Positions 32,971-41,850 of a stretch of DNA of 43,995 nucleotides are shown in pieces. Position 1 is the stretch's first letter. The number at the start of each line of letters is the position of its first letter. Below the pieces are notes generated by a model. The model did no database searches. It was not told the DNA's origin and saw nothing but the letters and a program-made list of their open reading frames with translations. The stretch lies in the NCBI GenBank assembly GCA_044870185.1, contig JBIOYL010000098.1, positions 1 through 43,995 on the forward strand, read 5' to 3'. The stretch is from Actinomycetes bacterium. Lineage in GTDB: Bacteria > Actinomycetota > CALGFH01. A program made the position numbers and the translations under genes.

Positions 32971-34101
32971 ATGGCAGGGGACGGCAAAGGCAAGGGGCTC
33001 GAGGGCGTCGTCGCCGCCCAGACCAGGATCTCCGACATCGACGGCCAGAAGGGCAGGCTGTACTACGCCGGCTACGATATCGCCGACCTGGCCGAGCACG
33101 CGACGTGGGAGGAGACGATCCATCTCCTCCACCACCTGGAGCTGCCGACCCGCAGCCAGCTGGAGGAGACGGTGGACCTGCTCCGGGCCGGCTCCAAGCT
33201 GGACGACTTCCTCGTCCGGCTGATCGACGACCTGGGCACCGACACCAGCCCGATGACCGTGCTGCGGACGGTCATCTCGGCGGCGGCGGCGCACGACCCC
33301 GACGAAGGCGACAACTCGACCGAGGCCAACCTGCGCAAGGCGTACCGGCTGATCGCGCTGACCCCCCAGATCCTCGCCTCGTTCCACCGGCTGCGGATCG
33401 GCGCCGACGCCGTCGAGGCGCACGACGAGCTGTCGCTGGCCGCCAACTTCCTGTACGCGCTCACCGGCCGCCAGCCCGACCCGCAGGTCGCCAAGGACTT
33501 CGACACCTGCATGGTGCTGTACGCCGACCACACCATGAACGCCTCGACCTTCGCCGGCCGGGTGGCCGCGGCCACCCTGGCCGACCTGTACGCGGCGGCC
33601 ACCGCCGCCATCGCCGCCCTGCAAGGCCCGCTGCACGGCGGGGCGATCGAGCAGACCCGCCGCATGCTCGACGAGATCGGCACGCCCGACCGGGCCCCCA
33701 CTTGGGTCCGCGACCGCCTGGCCCAAAAGCAGAAGATCATGGGCTTCGGCCACCGCGTCTACAAGACCTGGGACCCGCGCGCCCAGGTCCTCAGGCGCAT
33801 CGCCGAGCGGCTCGGCGAGCAGGTCGGCGACACCCACTGGTACGACATCTCCGCCAAGATCCAGGAGACGGTCATGGCCGAAAAGGGCCTGTACCCGAAC
33901 GTCGACTTCTACACGGCGAGCGTGTACTCGGCCATGGGCATCCCGCCCGACCTGTACACGACCCTGTTCGCCACCTCCCGCATGGCCGGCTGGACCGCCC
34001 ACATCCGCGAGCAGTACGCCGACAACCGGCTGATCCGCCCCGACTCCGAGTACATCGGCCCCCCGCCGCGCGCCTGGCAGCCGATCGACGCGCGCGGCTG
34101 A
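32971..34101 (+). CDS. citrate synthase, small (~377 aa) CitZ/CitA-type, possibly methylcitrate synthase
   Basis: 'LEGVVAAQTRISDIDGQKGRLYYAGYDI', 'LHGGA', 'MGFGHRVYKTWDPR', 'NVDFY'. I prefer the ATG at 32971 over the 32854 start. Confidence 0.9.
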   Translation: MAGDGKGKGLEGVVAAQTRISDIDGQKGRLYYAGYDIADLAEHATWEETIHLLHHLELPTRSQLEETVDLLRAGSKLDDFLVRLIDDLGTDTSPMTVLRTVISAAAAHDPDEGDNSTEANLRKAYRLIALTPQILASFHRLRIGADAVEAHDELSLAANFLYALTGRQPDPQVAKDFDTCMVLYADHTMNASTFAGRVAAATLADLYAAATAAIAALQGPLHGGAIEQTRRMLDEIGTPDRAPTWVRDRLAQKQKIMGFGHRVYKTWDPRAQVLRRIAERLGEQVGDTHWYDISAKIQETVMAEKGLYPNVDFYTASVYSAMGIPPDLYTTLFATSRMAGWTAHIREQYADNRLIRPDSEYIGPPPRAWQPIDARG

Positions 34102-34113
34102 CGCGGGGCTGGT

Positions 34114-34153
34114 GCCGTGGGCGACCCGCCGTGGGCGACCCGCCCTCGGCGGG
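34114..34153. terminator. 14-nt perfect tandem duplication followed by a hairpin between convergent genes
   Basis: GCCGTGGGCGACCC x2 (34114-34141), then CCCGCC-CTC-GGCGGG (34139-34153). Confidence 0.35.
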
Positions 34154-34154
34154 C

Positions 34155-35804
34155 CTACGTGCGGCGGCCCGGGTCCGTGAAGACTCGCGACGCATAGGCG
34201 GCGGCCTCGGCGCGGTTGCGCAGGCCGAGCTTGGCAAGCACGCTGCTCACGTGATGCGAGGCCGTCTTCCGGCTGATGAACAGGCGCCTGGCGATCTCGG
34301 GGTTGGACAGGCCGATACCGACGAGCCGGAGCACCTCCTGCTCTCGCTTGGAGAGGACGCCGACGTCCTTGGGCCCGGTTCTGCCCCTGGCTCCCAGCGA
34401 GCGCAGCAGCAAGGCTGCCGCATCCGCGTCGGCCGCGGCGCCGAGCTGGTCGAAGCCGGCCAGCGCCGCCCGCGCCTCGGCGATCGCCACCTCAGGCTTC
34501 GAAGCCGAGAGCAGCCGCGCCAACGCAAGCCCGGTGCGTGCCTGCTCGAATGGAAGGCCGGCCGCCGCGAAGCCCGCCAGGGCTGCCTCGAAGTGGCCGA
34601 GGGCGCGCGCGTCGCCGGCGTGACCGCACGCGGTGCCGGCGGCGAACTCGGCGAACGCCCGCACCAGCGGCACCGATACCTCCTTGGCGAGCGCATCGAG
34701 CCGGGCGCAGACCGCACGCGCTTCGTCGATGCGTCCGGCGGCGACCTCCACCTCGGCCAGAAGCGCAAGTACCGGCGCCTGCAGCACCCCCTGCCCGTGC
34801 TGGCGCAGGTGACGGCGCAGCAGCGTCGCGGCGAGCTCGACCTCACCGCGCGCCAGGTGCAGGCGGGCGAGCGGGTGGACGGCATGGGCGTCATGCTCGT
34901 GGCCTGCGAGCAGCTGCTCGGCCTCCTCGAGCCGCCCTTGGCGGACGCGGAGGTCCGCGAGCCGCACGGCGGCGCCGGACCGCAGGCCTCGGTAGCTGCC
35001 GTCGTACAGGCGCAGGGAGCTGGCGAGCTCGTGCTCGGCCTCGGCCCACCGCCCGGCGGCCGTGAGGATCCCGCCGTGATACATCCGGCAGATGGCCGAC
35101 ACCCACACCACGTTGCAGCGCCGGACGAAGGCGCTCGCGACGGCCGTCCACTGCTCGGCCCGGCGCACGTCGAGCGTCATCTCGCAGGCCAGCAGCATCT
35201 TGCAGTAGATCTCGCCGATCGCGGTGGCGTCCTTTACCTCGCCGCCCGTGGCCGCCGCCACGGCCTCGTCGAGCAGGCGCATGCCGTCGTCGATGCGGCC
35301 ACGCCCGACCAGGCACACCCCGGCGTAGGAGCGGGCGTCGAACTCGAGGTCGGTGTCGCCGAAGCGCCTGGCCACCGCCAGGGACACCTGGACGTGCCGC
35401 TCCTTTGCGTCGAGATCGTCGGTCGCCAGTGCGCAGGCAAGCTCGACCCAGCCGCGCTCCGGGCAGTCGCCGGCGGCTTCCACCAGGCGCTTGCCGCGTT
35501 CCAGCCAACCGCTGGCCGCGGCGAAGTTCCCGTACACGGCGGCGTACTCGAAGGCGAGCCAGTACGCTGCGAGCAGCGCCGGGTAGCGCGTCTCCCCACG
35601 GGCGCGGAAGCCGGCAAAAGCACGCTCTCGGAACTCGATCGCCGCGGCGTACTCGCCCTGCCGGTAGCACACCTGCGCGAGCCCGTCCAGCGCCTCGGGC
35701 GTCTCCTCGGACGCCAGCGCCGCTTCGAAGGCGGCGCGGGCGTCCTGCCATCGCCCTGCTTGGAGGGCGGCGCTACCTGCCGCAACCGCTTCGTCGACAC
35801 CCAC
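34155..35804 (-). CDS. LuxR-family transcriptional regulator with a long TPR-like helical N-terminal region
   Basis: C-terminal 'LSKREQEVLRLVGIGLSNPEIARRLFISRKTASHHVSSVLAKLGL'. Upstream are repeated Ala/Leu-rich helical pairs with no Walker A. The start (GTG 35802-35804) is uncertain. Confidence 0.75.
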   Translation of the reverse strand: MGVDEAVAAGSAALQAGRWQDARAAFEAALASEETPEALDGLAQVCYRQGEYAAAIEFRERAFAGFRARGETRYPALLAAYWLAFEYAAVYGNFAAASGWLERGKRLVEAAGDCPERGWVELACALATDDLDAKERHVQVSLAVARRFGDTDLEFDARSYAGVCLVGRGRIDDGMRLLDEAVAAATGGEVKDATAIGEIYCKMLLACEMTLDVRRAEQWTAVASAFVRRCNVVWVSAICRMYHGGILTAAGRWAEAEHELASSLRLYDGSYRGLRSGAAVRLADLRVRQGRLEEAEQLLAGHEHDAHAVHPLARLHLARGEVELAATLLRRHLRQHGQGVLQAPVLALLAEVEVAAGRIDEARAVCARLDALAKEVSVPLVRAFAEFAAGTACGHAGDARALGHFEAALAGFAAAGLPFEQARTGLALARLLSASKPEVAIAEARAALAGFDQLGAAADADAAALLLRSLGARGRTGPKDVGVLSKREQEVLRLVGIGLSNPEIARRLFISRKTASHHVSSVLAKLGLRNRAEAAAYASRVFTDPGRRT

Positions 35805-36002
35805 ACCCGGATTATGCGTCGCGAGTGGCGGCACCGCCGGCAAGCCGCCGTGGGATGATCGCGCCGGCGCATCGGCAAGGATCGGCTGGGGCGACGGCGC
35901 GAATTGGCCGCCGAATAGGGCAACTGCCCGATGCTCGCGGCCTCTCCGCGGCGCATGCTCCTGCCCCGGGAACCCGAGCCGAACGGACGCGGAGCGCAGG
36001 CG

Positions 36003-36836
36003 ATGAGCAGCTCGACGGAGACGTTTCAGCTCTCGGCTGAGCAGGCGGAGATGTACGAGTCGAAGTTCGTTCCAGCGATCTTCGGGGAATGGGCGCCGCA
36101 CGTGGTCGACGCCGCGGGCGTGGCTGCCGGTCAGACCGTGCTGGACGTCGCCTGCGGCACCGGGGTGGTCGCTCGTACTGCGGCCGACCGGGTGGGAGCG
36201 ACGGGCAAGGTGGTCGGTCTCGACCGCAACGAGGCTATGCTGACGGTAGCTCGCCGGCTGCGCCCCGAGCTCGAATGGCGGCACGGGGACGCGATGGAGC
36301 TGCCCTTCCCGGACGACTCGTTCGACGTCGTGTTGTGCCAGTCGGCGCTGATGTTCTTCCCAGACCCCACACAGGCGCTGCGCGAGATGGCGCGCGTGGT
36401 CACCTCCGAGGGCACCGTCGTCGTGCAGGTGTATGCCAGCCTGGCGTCACAGCCCGGCTACGGTCCGTTCGTCGACGTGGCCGCACGGCACGCGGGTCCG
36501 GAAGCGGTCAACCTGCTCGGCACCTACTGGGTCCACGGCGACCTCGACGCCCTCGCGCGGCTCTTCGAGGCGGCCGGCCTGCAGATCACCGCGACCCGCA
36601 CGCGCCTGGGTACCGCAAGGTTCGGCTCCATCGACGAGCTGGTGGCGACCGAAGTGGAGAGCACACCGCTCCGCGAGCGGATCAGCGATGCGGTCTACCG
36701 CAGGATCCTCGAGGACGCCCGTGCGGCGCTGCGGCAGTTCCGCACGGACGCCGGCCGCGTCGAGGTGCCCCTCAAGGGACACCTGATGACCGCGCGCAAG
36801 CGGGAAGGACCTCGTCCTGGCCATACCTCCCGGTAG
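36003..36836 (+). CDS. class I SAM-dependent methyltransferase
   Basis: 'VLDVACGTGVVAR' (motif I), 'VVGLDRNEAML' and 'FDVVLCQSALMFFPD'. Confidence 0.8.
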   Translation: MSSSTETFQLSAEQAEMYESKFVPAIFGEWAPHVVDAAGVAAGQTVLDVACGTGVVARTAADRVGATGKVVGLDRNEAMLTVARRLRPELEWRHGDAMELPFPDDSFDVVLCQSALMFFPDPTQALREMARVVTSEGTVVVQVYASLASQPGYGPFVDVAARHAGPEAVNLLGTYWVHGDLDALARLFEAAGLQITATRTRLGTARFGSIDELVATEVESTPLRERISDAVYRRILEDARAALRQFRTDAGRVEVPLKGHLMTARKREGPRPGHTSR

Positions 36837-36858
36837 GCTCGCCTGGACGCCCGGCTGA

Positions 36859-37503
36859 TCACTCCGGCGCCTGGGCGGCCTCGACGGCCGCCAGCCAGGT
36901 GCCGCTGAAGCTCGCCCCGTCAAGATCGACCACCACCCGCATGAGCCGCCCGTCCTCGCCGCGCCGGAAGCGCAGCACGCCGTCCTCCAAGACCAGCTGG
37001 AAGTGCAGCTCCTCGATGACGGCGCCGCTCCAGCCGGCCGCAACCGCACACGCGACCGGGTCGTAGTGGAAGTTCAGCAGGTCGTCCGGCAGGCCGGCGT
37101 GGGCGCGGCCGACTCCGGTCCCCAGGCGGGCAGGCCGTCGGCGGGCGGCCCGGTCCATCCCCCCATCACCACGACCGGCACCCGGCCAAGGCGGCCGGGC
37201 CGAGCGACCTCCAGGAGCGCGAGATTGGTGTAGGGGCCGATGGCGACGACGGTCGCGCCGTCCTGGATGCTGCGGTCGAGCAGGTCCAGAGCAGCCCCCG
37301 GCGGCGACGGGCGAGGCGCAATCGCGGCCGGCCAGTAGCGCTCGTCGTCGGTGATGGGGTCGGCGGACCGGAGTGTGGTGAGCGACACCTGGGCGCCGGC
37401 GGCGACCGGGATGTCGTCCCGGCCGGCCAGTTCAAGGCAGTGGGCGACGTAGCCGGCTCGGCGGCCGCCGGGGTCGGCGGTGGTGGTGATGCCGAATGCC
37501 TCC
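36859..37503 (-). pseudogene. nucleoside hydrolase (IUNH family), N-terminally truncated and frameshifted
   Basis: 'EAFGITTTADPGGRRAGYVAHCLELAGRDDIPVAAGA', 'VVAIGPYTNLALLE' and 'VVVMGG' are in one frame. 'LLNFHYDPVACAVAAGW...' down to the stop at 36859 is in another. The N-terminal DxDxxxDD region is absent, and homology stops at an in-frame TGA at about 37506. Confidence 0.7.
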
Positions 37504-37505
37504 GG

Positions 37506-37784
37506 TCAATCACCCACACCATGCTCGCCGACCTACGTGGTTCGCCGGTGGGGTCGCGCTGTCGGTGGCGGCACGAACATGCCGGCAATGCCGCCTGGTT
37601 GGCGTTGTGCGGGCTGGCCATCAACCTGGCCCGCTGGACCGGCCGGCTGGGCGTGGGCGAGCCGCGCCTGCGCGCCAAGACCTTGCGGGTGCGCTACCTG
37701 GCGCTGACCGGCCGGCTTGCCGTCTCGGCCCGCCGGCTACGCCTGCACCTGCCTCGCCCTATCGACCCGGTCATTCCAGCCTGA
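37506..37784 (+). mobile_element. C-terminal fragment of a DDE transposase (IS1380/IS4-like)
   Basis: 'HAGNAAWLALCGLAINLARWTGRLG...AKTLRVRYLALTGRLAVSARRLRLHLP' resembles the conserved C-terminus of IS1380-type transposases (aNaaW...lA.NL.rW...tLR.r.l...gRl..saRr..L.Lp). There is no catalytic region upstream. Confidence 0.5.
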
Positions 37785-38107
37785 TCAAGCCGCAGGCAGA
37801 GACGAGATTGCCGCCACAATCAGCTCGTCAGTGAAATCAGGTTATGTATGACAGCAGTGTGACGACGAGCACGCTCAACGTGTGACGCACGACACTGCCA
37901 AACAGCATGCGGCCCACTACTGTCTGTGACTTGGTCAAGCAAGCGTCTCACCGAGCACAGCGAGCGGACCCTGCGCGCCACACTCCTCCGGCAAATCGCC
38001 CGTGACCCAAATCCGTCCACAGTGTTGGTGAACAGTCAGGAGACAGTCGTCGAGGACGTAACCGTACGCTCACAGTCTTGGTCGGTATCGGTGAGGCAGG
38101 CACCCCG

Positions 38108-38968
38108 ATGTCCCGATTGCACTTACAGATCCGGCGGTTGACCATCGCGGCAGCGGCGTTCGCAATTGTCGCCCTGCTCGCGTCGCCGGCCGGCGCAGTG
38201 ACCCGCGGCATCGAAATGGCCGAGTCAACATCTGCATTCACGTACGGTGGATTCTCGATTTCCGCCAGCCCGAACCCCGCAAGGCCTGGTGATTCGGTGA
38301 CGGTATCCTTCTCCGCGAACGCACCCAGCATACGTATCGGCGGTTGCTCCGCCAATTTTGCTGGCAATGCGCCACAAGCCTGCAGCCAATCAGGCGAAGA
38401 ATGGTCGGCGGTCCTCCAAGTCCCCGACAATGCCCAACCTGGATCAATGCCCATCGAGGTGAACGTCTCCTACTTCCTCGGCTCAGACGACGTCGCCCAG
38501 GACGCATTTGACACCATACCATTCGAGGTGCAGCCGCCGCCGGCCACCACCGAGCCACCCAGCACCACCGAGCCGCCGGCCACCACCGAGCCGCCGACCA
38601 CCACCGAGCCGCCCAGCACCCCTGGTCCACCCAGCACCGCTGGTCCACCCAGCACCGCTGGTCCACCCAGCACTCCTGGTCCGCCGAGCACCGTCCAGGT
38701 GGCCTCGCCAACTGCGAGCAAGACGAACCTTCCCGTGGGCCTGCTCGTCGTTCTCGTTCTGGTGGGCGCCGCGGTCGCCGTCGCGGTTCGCCAAGGGCTC
38801 CACCGGAGGCTGCCCGGCACGTTGGCCGGACAGGTGCAGGCCCGCATGCTCGCCGGCCTGCCCGCGGCACCCAGGATCGAGGAGCTCGGTAACCGATCCG
38901 CCTGGGTCGTCCGCATCAGCCCCCATCATGACCCAGTTGCACAGCGCATCGAGGAGACACATCGATGA
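38108..38968 (+). CDS. single-pass membrane protein: signal peptide, beta-rich ectodomain, Pro/Thr repeat stalk, TM helix, ~65-aa cytoplasmic tail
   Basis: 'MSRLHLQIRRLTIAAAAFAIVALLASPAGA' signal-like N-terminus. The ectodomain has a Cys pair (GGCSANFAGNAPQACS). It is followed by the PxTTEP/PSTxGP repeats and the TM 'LPVGLLVVLVLVGAAVAVAV'. Many A/T-ending codons, atypical for this genome. Confidence 0.65.
   Translation: MSRLHLQIRRLTIAAAAFAIVALLASPAGAVTRGIEMAESTSAFTYGGFSISASPNPARPGDSVTVSFSANAPSIRIGGCSANFAGNAPQACSQSGEEWSAVLQVPDNAQPGSMPIEVNVSYFLGSDDVAQDAFDTIPFEVQPPPATTEPPSTTEPPATTEPPTTTEPPSTPGPPSTAGPPSTAGPPSTPGPPSTVQVASPTASKTNLPVGLLVVLVLVGAAVAVAVRQGLHRRLPGTLAGQVQARMLAGLPAAPRIEELGNRSAWVVRISPHHDPVAQRIEETHR
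38537..38692 (+). repeat. about 8.5 tandem 18-nt units in two subfamilies, (P-x-T-T-E-P)x4 then (P-S-T-x-G-P)x4
   Basis: Read directly from the sequence: CCGCCGGCCACCACCGAG...CCCAGCACCGCTGGTCCA... Confidence 0.85.
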
Positions 38969-39537
38969 CCACCGCCACCGCTACCCAGCCGCTCACCGCG
39001 AGAGCCTTCCTGTTCGGCGATGCCGATCTTGTCCAGGCCATGCAGACAAGCGGGGTTGCCGACACCGTGCGACAGGAGCTTGGCGGCTTCACGCAGGTGA
39101 CCCGCGACGAGGCCGTCCGAGAGCTCGGCAAGATCGGCGCGGAAGTGCTCGACCTTGATCTGACGCAGCTCTTGCTTGGCGCGTGGAGCAGGTACGCCGC
39201 GTTGACAGAGGCTGGCCAACGGACGGCCGCTGCCCCTGGGAGCGAGGAGCTGGTCGAGCTGCTGTCGCATCGGGTCACGCTCGACCATCGACCGTCGATC
39301 GAACTGCTGGTCAACGGCAAGCGGGTGGCGACCGTGCACGTTGTCCTGATGTTGCAGGTCACCGTCGAAGCGCTTACCGCGACGGTACGAGCAGGAAAGC
39401 TGATAGGACTCCGTGTCGGGCGCTGTGATTTCGATGCCAGCGTGAGCATCGAGGGCATGACCTTGGCCAGTCGGCGGGCGCAATTGGAGCTGCCTTTCTC
39501 GGTGCGACTGGGTTCGGGCATCGCGTTAGCGCGGTAG
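38965..39537 (+). CDS. hypothetical cytoplasmic protein, translationally coupled to the upstream membrane protein
   Basis: ATGA start/stop overlap at 38965-38968. 190 aa with a helical N-half and a beta-patterned C-half ('SIELLVNGKRVATVHVVLMLQVTVEALTATVRAGKLIGLRVGRCDFDASVSIEG'). I recognise no family. Confidence 0.6.
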   Translation: MTTATATQPLTARAFLFGDADLVQAMQTSGVADTVRQELGGFTQVTRDEAVRELGKIGAEVLDLDLTQLLLGAWSRYAALTEAGQRTAAAPGSEELVELLSHRVTLDHRPSIELLVNGKRVATVHVVLMLQVTVEALTATVRAGKLIGLRVGRCDFDASVSIEGMTLASRRAQLELPFSVRLGSGIALAR

Positions 39538-39891
39538 CAGACGACGAGTTTGCCTATTCAGGACCTCCTGGGCAGGAACCAGCCGGCCCCGGTTGCGACG
39601 ATCCCGGCGACCGCCGCGCTGCCGTCGATCTCGGCTGCAGGGTTCTGAGGGCGAGGAAGCCGCCGATCAGGCAGATCAGCACCACGGTCGGCTGGGGATC
39701 GCCTAGTGCGCCGTGATCCGATCACCGCCGTACCCCCGCGCTCCTGTTCGACGGTGGCGATCATGGCGGCAGCGTCCGTCGTCCGTTCCGCCGGCGACCA
39801 CCACCCGTCCCGCTCTCGCGGCCAGCGTGACGGAGCCGGTCCCGGTCGGCTCGGCCAGCGCCGTCGACCGTCTGCCTGGCGGGAAGCGGAG

Positions 39892-40005
39892 CTACCCGAG
39901 GATGGGGAGCTCGAGGTGCTCCGGCTGGTCGCAGAGGGACTGTCCAACGCCGAGATCGCCGCCAAGCTCTACCTCAGCGAGGCGACCGTGATCAGGCATG
40001 TGCGG
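39892..40005 (+). pseudogene. LuxR/NarL-type HTH fragment (remnant of a response regulator)
   Basis: 'ELEVLRLVAEGLSNAEIAAKLYLSEATV' then diverges and stops. No intact receiver domain can be read upstream in any single frame. Confidence 0.6.
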
Positions 40006-40042
40006 TACCATGGAGGATCATCAGGGGTAGAAGGGTAGACGA

Positions 40043-40297
40043 ATGAGCCTGAACATCAAGGACGAGGAGACCCACCGGCTCGTGCGGGAACTGGCGCGTC
40101 TCACCGGCGAGAGCCAGACCATGGCCGTCCTGAACGCGGTCCGGGAGCGCCTCGATCGCCTGCACGCCGCCGGGCGGCCCGCCCTGGCCGACCGCCTCCT
40201 CGCCATCGGCAGGAACACCGCCCCCCGCCTGCACGAGCCCTTCCGCTCCACCGAGCACGGCGAGTTGCTCTACGACGCGCATGGGCTGCCGCGGTGA
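40043..40297 (+). CDS. vapB: type II antitoxin VapB (FitA/Rv0623-like)
   Basis: '[37 protein letters not shown]', 84 aa, immediately upstream of and overlapping a PIN gene. Confidence 0.85.
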   Translation: MSLNIKDEETHRLVRELARLTGESQTMAVLNAVRERLDRLHAAGRPALADRLLAIGRNTAPRLHEPFRSTEHGELLYDAHGLPR

Positions 40298-40704
40298 TCG
40301 TGGACACGTCGGCGCTGCTTGCCATCCTGCGCGACGAGCCCGAGGCTCCGGTCATGGCGCAGGCCATCGAGGAGGCCACAAAGCGACAGATCTCCGCGGC
40401 GAACTGGCTGGAGGCGGCCGCGGTCGTCGACGGCAGCCGAGATCCGGTCGCCAGCCGCCAGTTCGACGAACTGCTCGACGTGGCGAGGATCGCGGTCGCT
40501 GCAGTGACCGAGCACCAGGCGCGGATCGCACGCGCCGCGTACCGGGACTTCGGCAAGGGCAGCGGCCATCCCGCCGGGCTCAACTTCGGTGACTGCTTCG
40601 CCTATGCGCTGGCCAAGGACAGCGGCGAGCCGCTGTTGTTCAAGGGGCACGACTTCGTGCACACCGACGTCGTTCCGGCGCTGCGGCTGTCCGATCCCGC
40701 GTGA
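40294..40704 (+). CDS. vapC: type II toxin VapC (PIN-domain ribonuclease)
   Basis: '[12 protein letters not shown]', '[12 protein letters not shown]' and '[26 protein letters not shown]' are PIN acidic-residue motifs. GTGA overlap with vapB. Confidence 0.9.
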   Translation: MIVDTSALLAILRDEPEAPVMAQAIEEATKRQISAANWLEAAAVVDGSRDPVASRQFDELLDVARIAVAAVTEHQARIARAAYRDFGKGSGHPAGLNFGDCFAYALAKDSGEPLLFKGHDFVHTDVVPALRLSDPA

Positions 40705-40894
40705 GCATACATCTGGCGCGCGGATCGGCCCCGTGCGTCGAGGCTACCCGGACCAGGCCAGCACACAGTCCGGCCTGATGCGGGCCGGTGTATCCGACGA
40801 GGAGCTGCACCGCGTCCCGCCGGATCTCTGCCTACGTGGGGTGATCGTCTCGGCGCTGGGCGTGGCCGCTGCGGGCACGGTGATGGGCACGGGA

Positions 40895-41836
40895 TCAGCG
40901 CGCCGGGACCGCCAGGATCAGCCGGGCGACCTGCTGTGGCTCGTCGAGCTGCACGTAGTGGCTGGCCCCTTCCAGCAGGAACAGCTCGGAGGCCGGCAGC
41001 AGCTCGTGGAAGCGCCGTGCCACTCCGGCGTTCAGGTACGGGTCGGCGGCGCCGAAGATGATGCGGACCGGGCGGGCAAAGCGCCGCAGCCGCGGCAGCG
41101 CCGCCGTCCCGGACGCCACGGCGGACCGCAGGTCCCGGTTGAGGCCGAAGAACGCCCCGTGGGCGCTCGGGTCGGTGGTGAACTGCCGGTACAGCCGCGG
41201 CAGGAACTCCGCCCGCACCTGCGGGTCGCGGAAGAAGCGCCCGACCTGCCAGCGGTACATGCGCCGGAACAGCAGGTCGCCGAACAGGCGCGACAGCGGG
41301 CGGGCGACCTGTCGGACGACGGGCGTGGAGAACAGCCAGATTGCCTCCGGCGTACGCAGCTCCGGCATGCGCGAGTAGTAGGTGTTGAGCAGCACCAGTG
41401 CCGCGACCCGCTGCGGGTGCTCCAGCGCCCAGTCGATCACCGGCGGGCCGGAGGCGTCGTGGGCGACCAGCACCACCGAGCCGAGCCGCAGGTGCTCGAT
41501 CACAGCGTCCAGGTCGCCGACCTGGTTGGCGGCGGTGTAGGGGTAGCCGGCGGGCTTGTCGGAGCCGCCCCAGCCGAGGAAGTCGAACACCACCACCCGG
41601 CGCGGAGCCAGCTGCGGCACCAGCCGGTCGTACAGGTGCAGGTCGTCGGGGAAGCCGTGCAGCAGCACGATCGCCGGCTCCTCGCCCGGGTGGTCGCGCG
41701 CGTAGAGATGGTGTGGGCCGCGCGGCACCAGGTGCTCCCGGTAGCCACGCCCGCCGGGCGCGGACGCCTGGACGGGGTTTGCCTGCCCGTTCGGTTCCAG
41801 CGGTTCCATCGGTCCTCCCCTTAGGTGTGGGTACAC
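40895..41836 (-). CDS. alpha/beta hydrolase, Asp-nucleophile subclass (epoxide hydrolase / haloalkane dehalogenase-like)
   Basis: 'VLLHGFPDD' (HGxP oxyanion motif) and 'LVAHDASGP' nucleophile elbow with Asp. The start may be the internal ATG at 41809. Confidence 0.75.
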   Translation of the reverse strand: MYPHLRGGPMEPLEPNGQANPVQASAPGGRGYREHLVPRGPHHLYARDHPGEEPAIVLLHGFPDDLHLYDRLVPQLAPRRVVVFDFLGWGGSDKPAGYPYTAANQVGDLDAVIEHLRLGSVVLVAHDASGPPVIDWALEHPQRVAALVLLNTYYSRMPELRTPEAIWLFSTPVVRQVARPLSRLFGDLLFRRMYRWQVGRFFRDPQVRAEFLPRLYRQFTTDPSAHGAFFGLNRDLRSAVASGTAALPRLRRFARPVRIIFGAADPYLNAGVARRFHELLPASELFLLEGASHYVQLDEPQQVARLILAVPAR

Positions 41837-41850
41837 CTATCTGCTGCGCA

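Noticed and set aside
33105-35858. 917-aa + strand ORF overlapping the citrate synthase (out of frame) and the LuxR gene (antisense)
   Set aside because: It has no motifs and Arg/Pro/Gly-dominated composition. The competing frames carry clear citrate synthase and LuxR signatures.
39558-39965. 135-aa minus-strand ORF ending in 'AEIDGSAAVAGIVATGAGWFLPRRS'
   Set aside because: Only short stretches look protein-like, and they switch frames ('PTVVLICLIGGFLAL' is in another frame). It overlaps the LuxR-HTH remnant on the other strand. I treat it as pseudogene debris rather than a gene.
40780-40894. Tat-signal-like peptide 'LCLRGVIVSALGVAAAGTVMGTGSA' on the + strand after vapC
   Set aside because: The frame continues only as antisense of the alpha/beta hydrolase gene, the twin-Arg is degenerate (LR) and there is no mature domain. 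It is possibly a remnant N-terminus but cannot be supported as a gene.
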